The position numbers and the translations under genes were made by a program. Below are positions 63,730 through 64,000 of a stretch of 64,000 nt of DNA, piece after piece. This stretch comes from Tubulanus polymorphus (lineage: Eukaryota; Animalia; Nemertea). Each line of letters starts with the position of its first letter. Within the stretch, counting starts at the first letter, position 1. The notes below the pieces were generated by a model. That model saw nothing but the letters and a program-made list of their open reading frames with translations. It ran no database searches and was not told where the DNA came from. The stretch spans positions 31,104,299-31,168,298 of the forward strand of contig NC_134025.1 of NCBI RefSeq assembly GCF_964204645.1. The letters are read 5' to 3'.

Positions 63730-64000
63730 AACGAATATCTGATATACACCGAGAATATCTGATATTCATTTGGTATAGCAAGAATATCTGATATTTTTCG
63801 TGTACATCGAGAATATCTGATATTTATTTTGTATATAGCGAGAATATCTGATAATTATTTGGTATATAGCGAGAATATCTGATATTAGTTTGCTATAGCA
63901 AGAATATCTGATATTTTCCGTGTACATCGAGAATATCTGATATTTATTTAGTATATAGCTAGAATATCTGATATTTATTTGGTATATAGCTAGAATATCT
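63730..64000. repeat. ~30-bp minisatellite (gagaatatctgatatttatttggtatatagc), PDE3 intron, runs off the window end
   Basis: Seen directly. Confidence 0.92.

Overview
Eukaryotic (animal, probably an invertebrate) genomic DNA: AT-rich, with short spliceosomal introns and dense mini/microsatellites. Most entries in the ORF track are repeat artefacts or single exons. Exon-by-exon reading supports six conserved genes: the 3' end of REV3L (+, stop 1779), MIX23/CCDC58 (-, 7009-8593) head-to-head with an importin-alpha KPNA1/5/6-type gene (+, 8844-14522), UFL1 (+, 43195-51977) tail-to-tail with CLP1 (-, 52721-56866), and the 3' end of a PDE3-type phosphodiesterase (-, 61395 to beyond the window). A ~23-kb island (about 19.2-42.2 kb) between KPNA and UFL1 has no recognisable host gene. 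It carries over ten satellite arrays, an apparently intact spliced orphan gene (321 aa) with a CCAAT/CRE/TATA promoter, a 7-exon lncRNA-like unit built from duplicated exons, and decayed coding fragments. CLP1 has a U12-type AT-AC intron into whose branch site a Penelope-derived hairpin with a minimal hammerhead ribozyme has inserted, duplicating the branch point. Several minisatellites are amplified terminal repeats of local MITEs. All calls come from reading the sequence and recalled family motifs; no searches were run and repeat boundaries are approximate.
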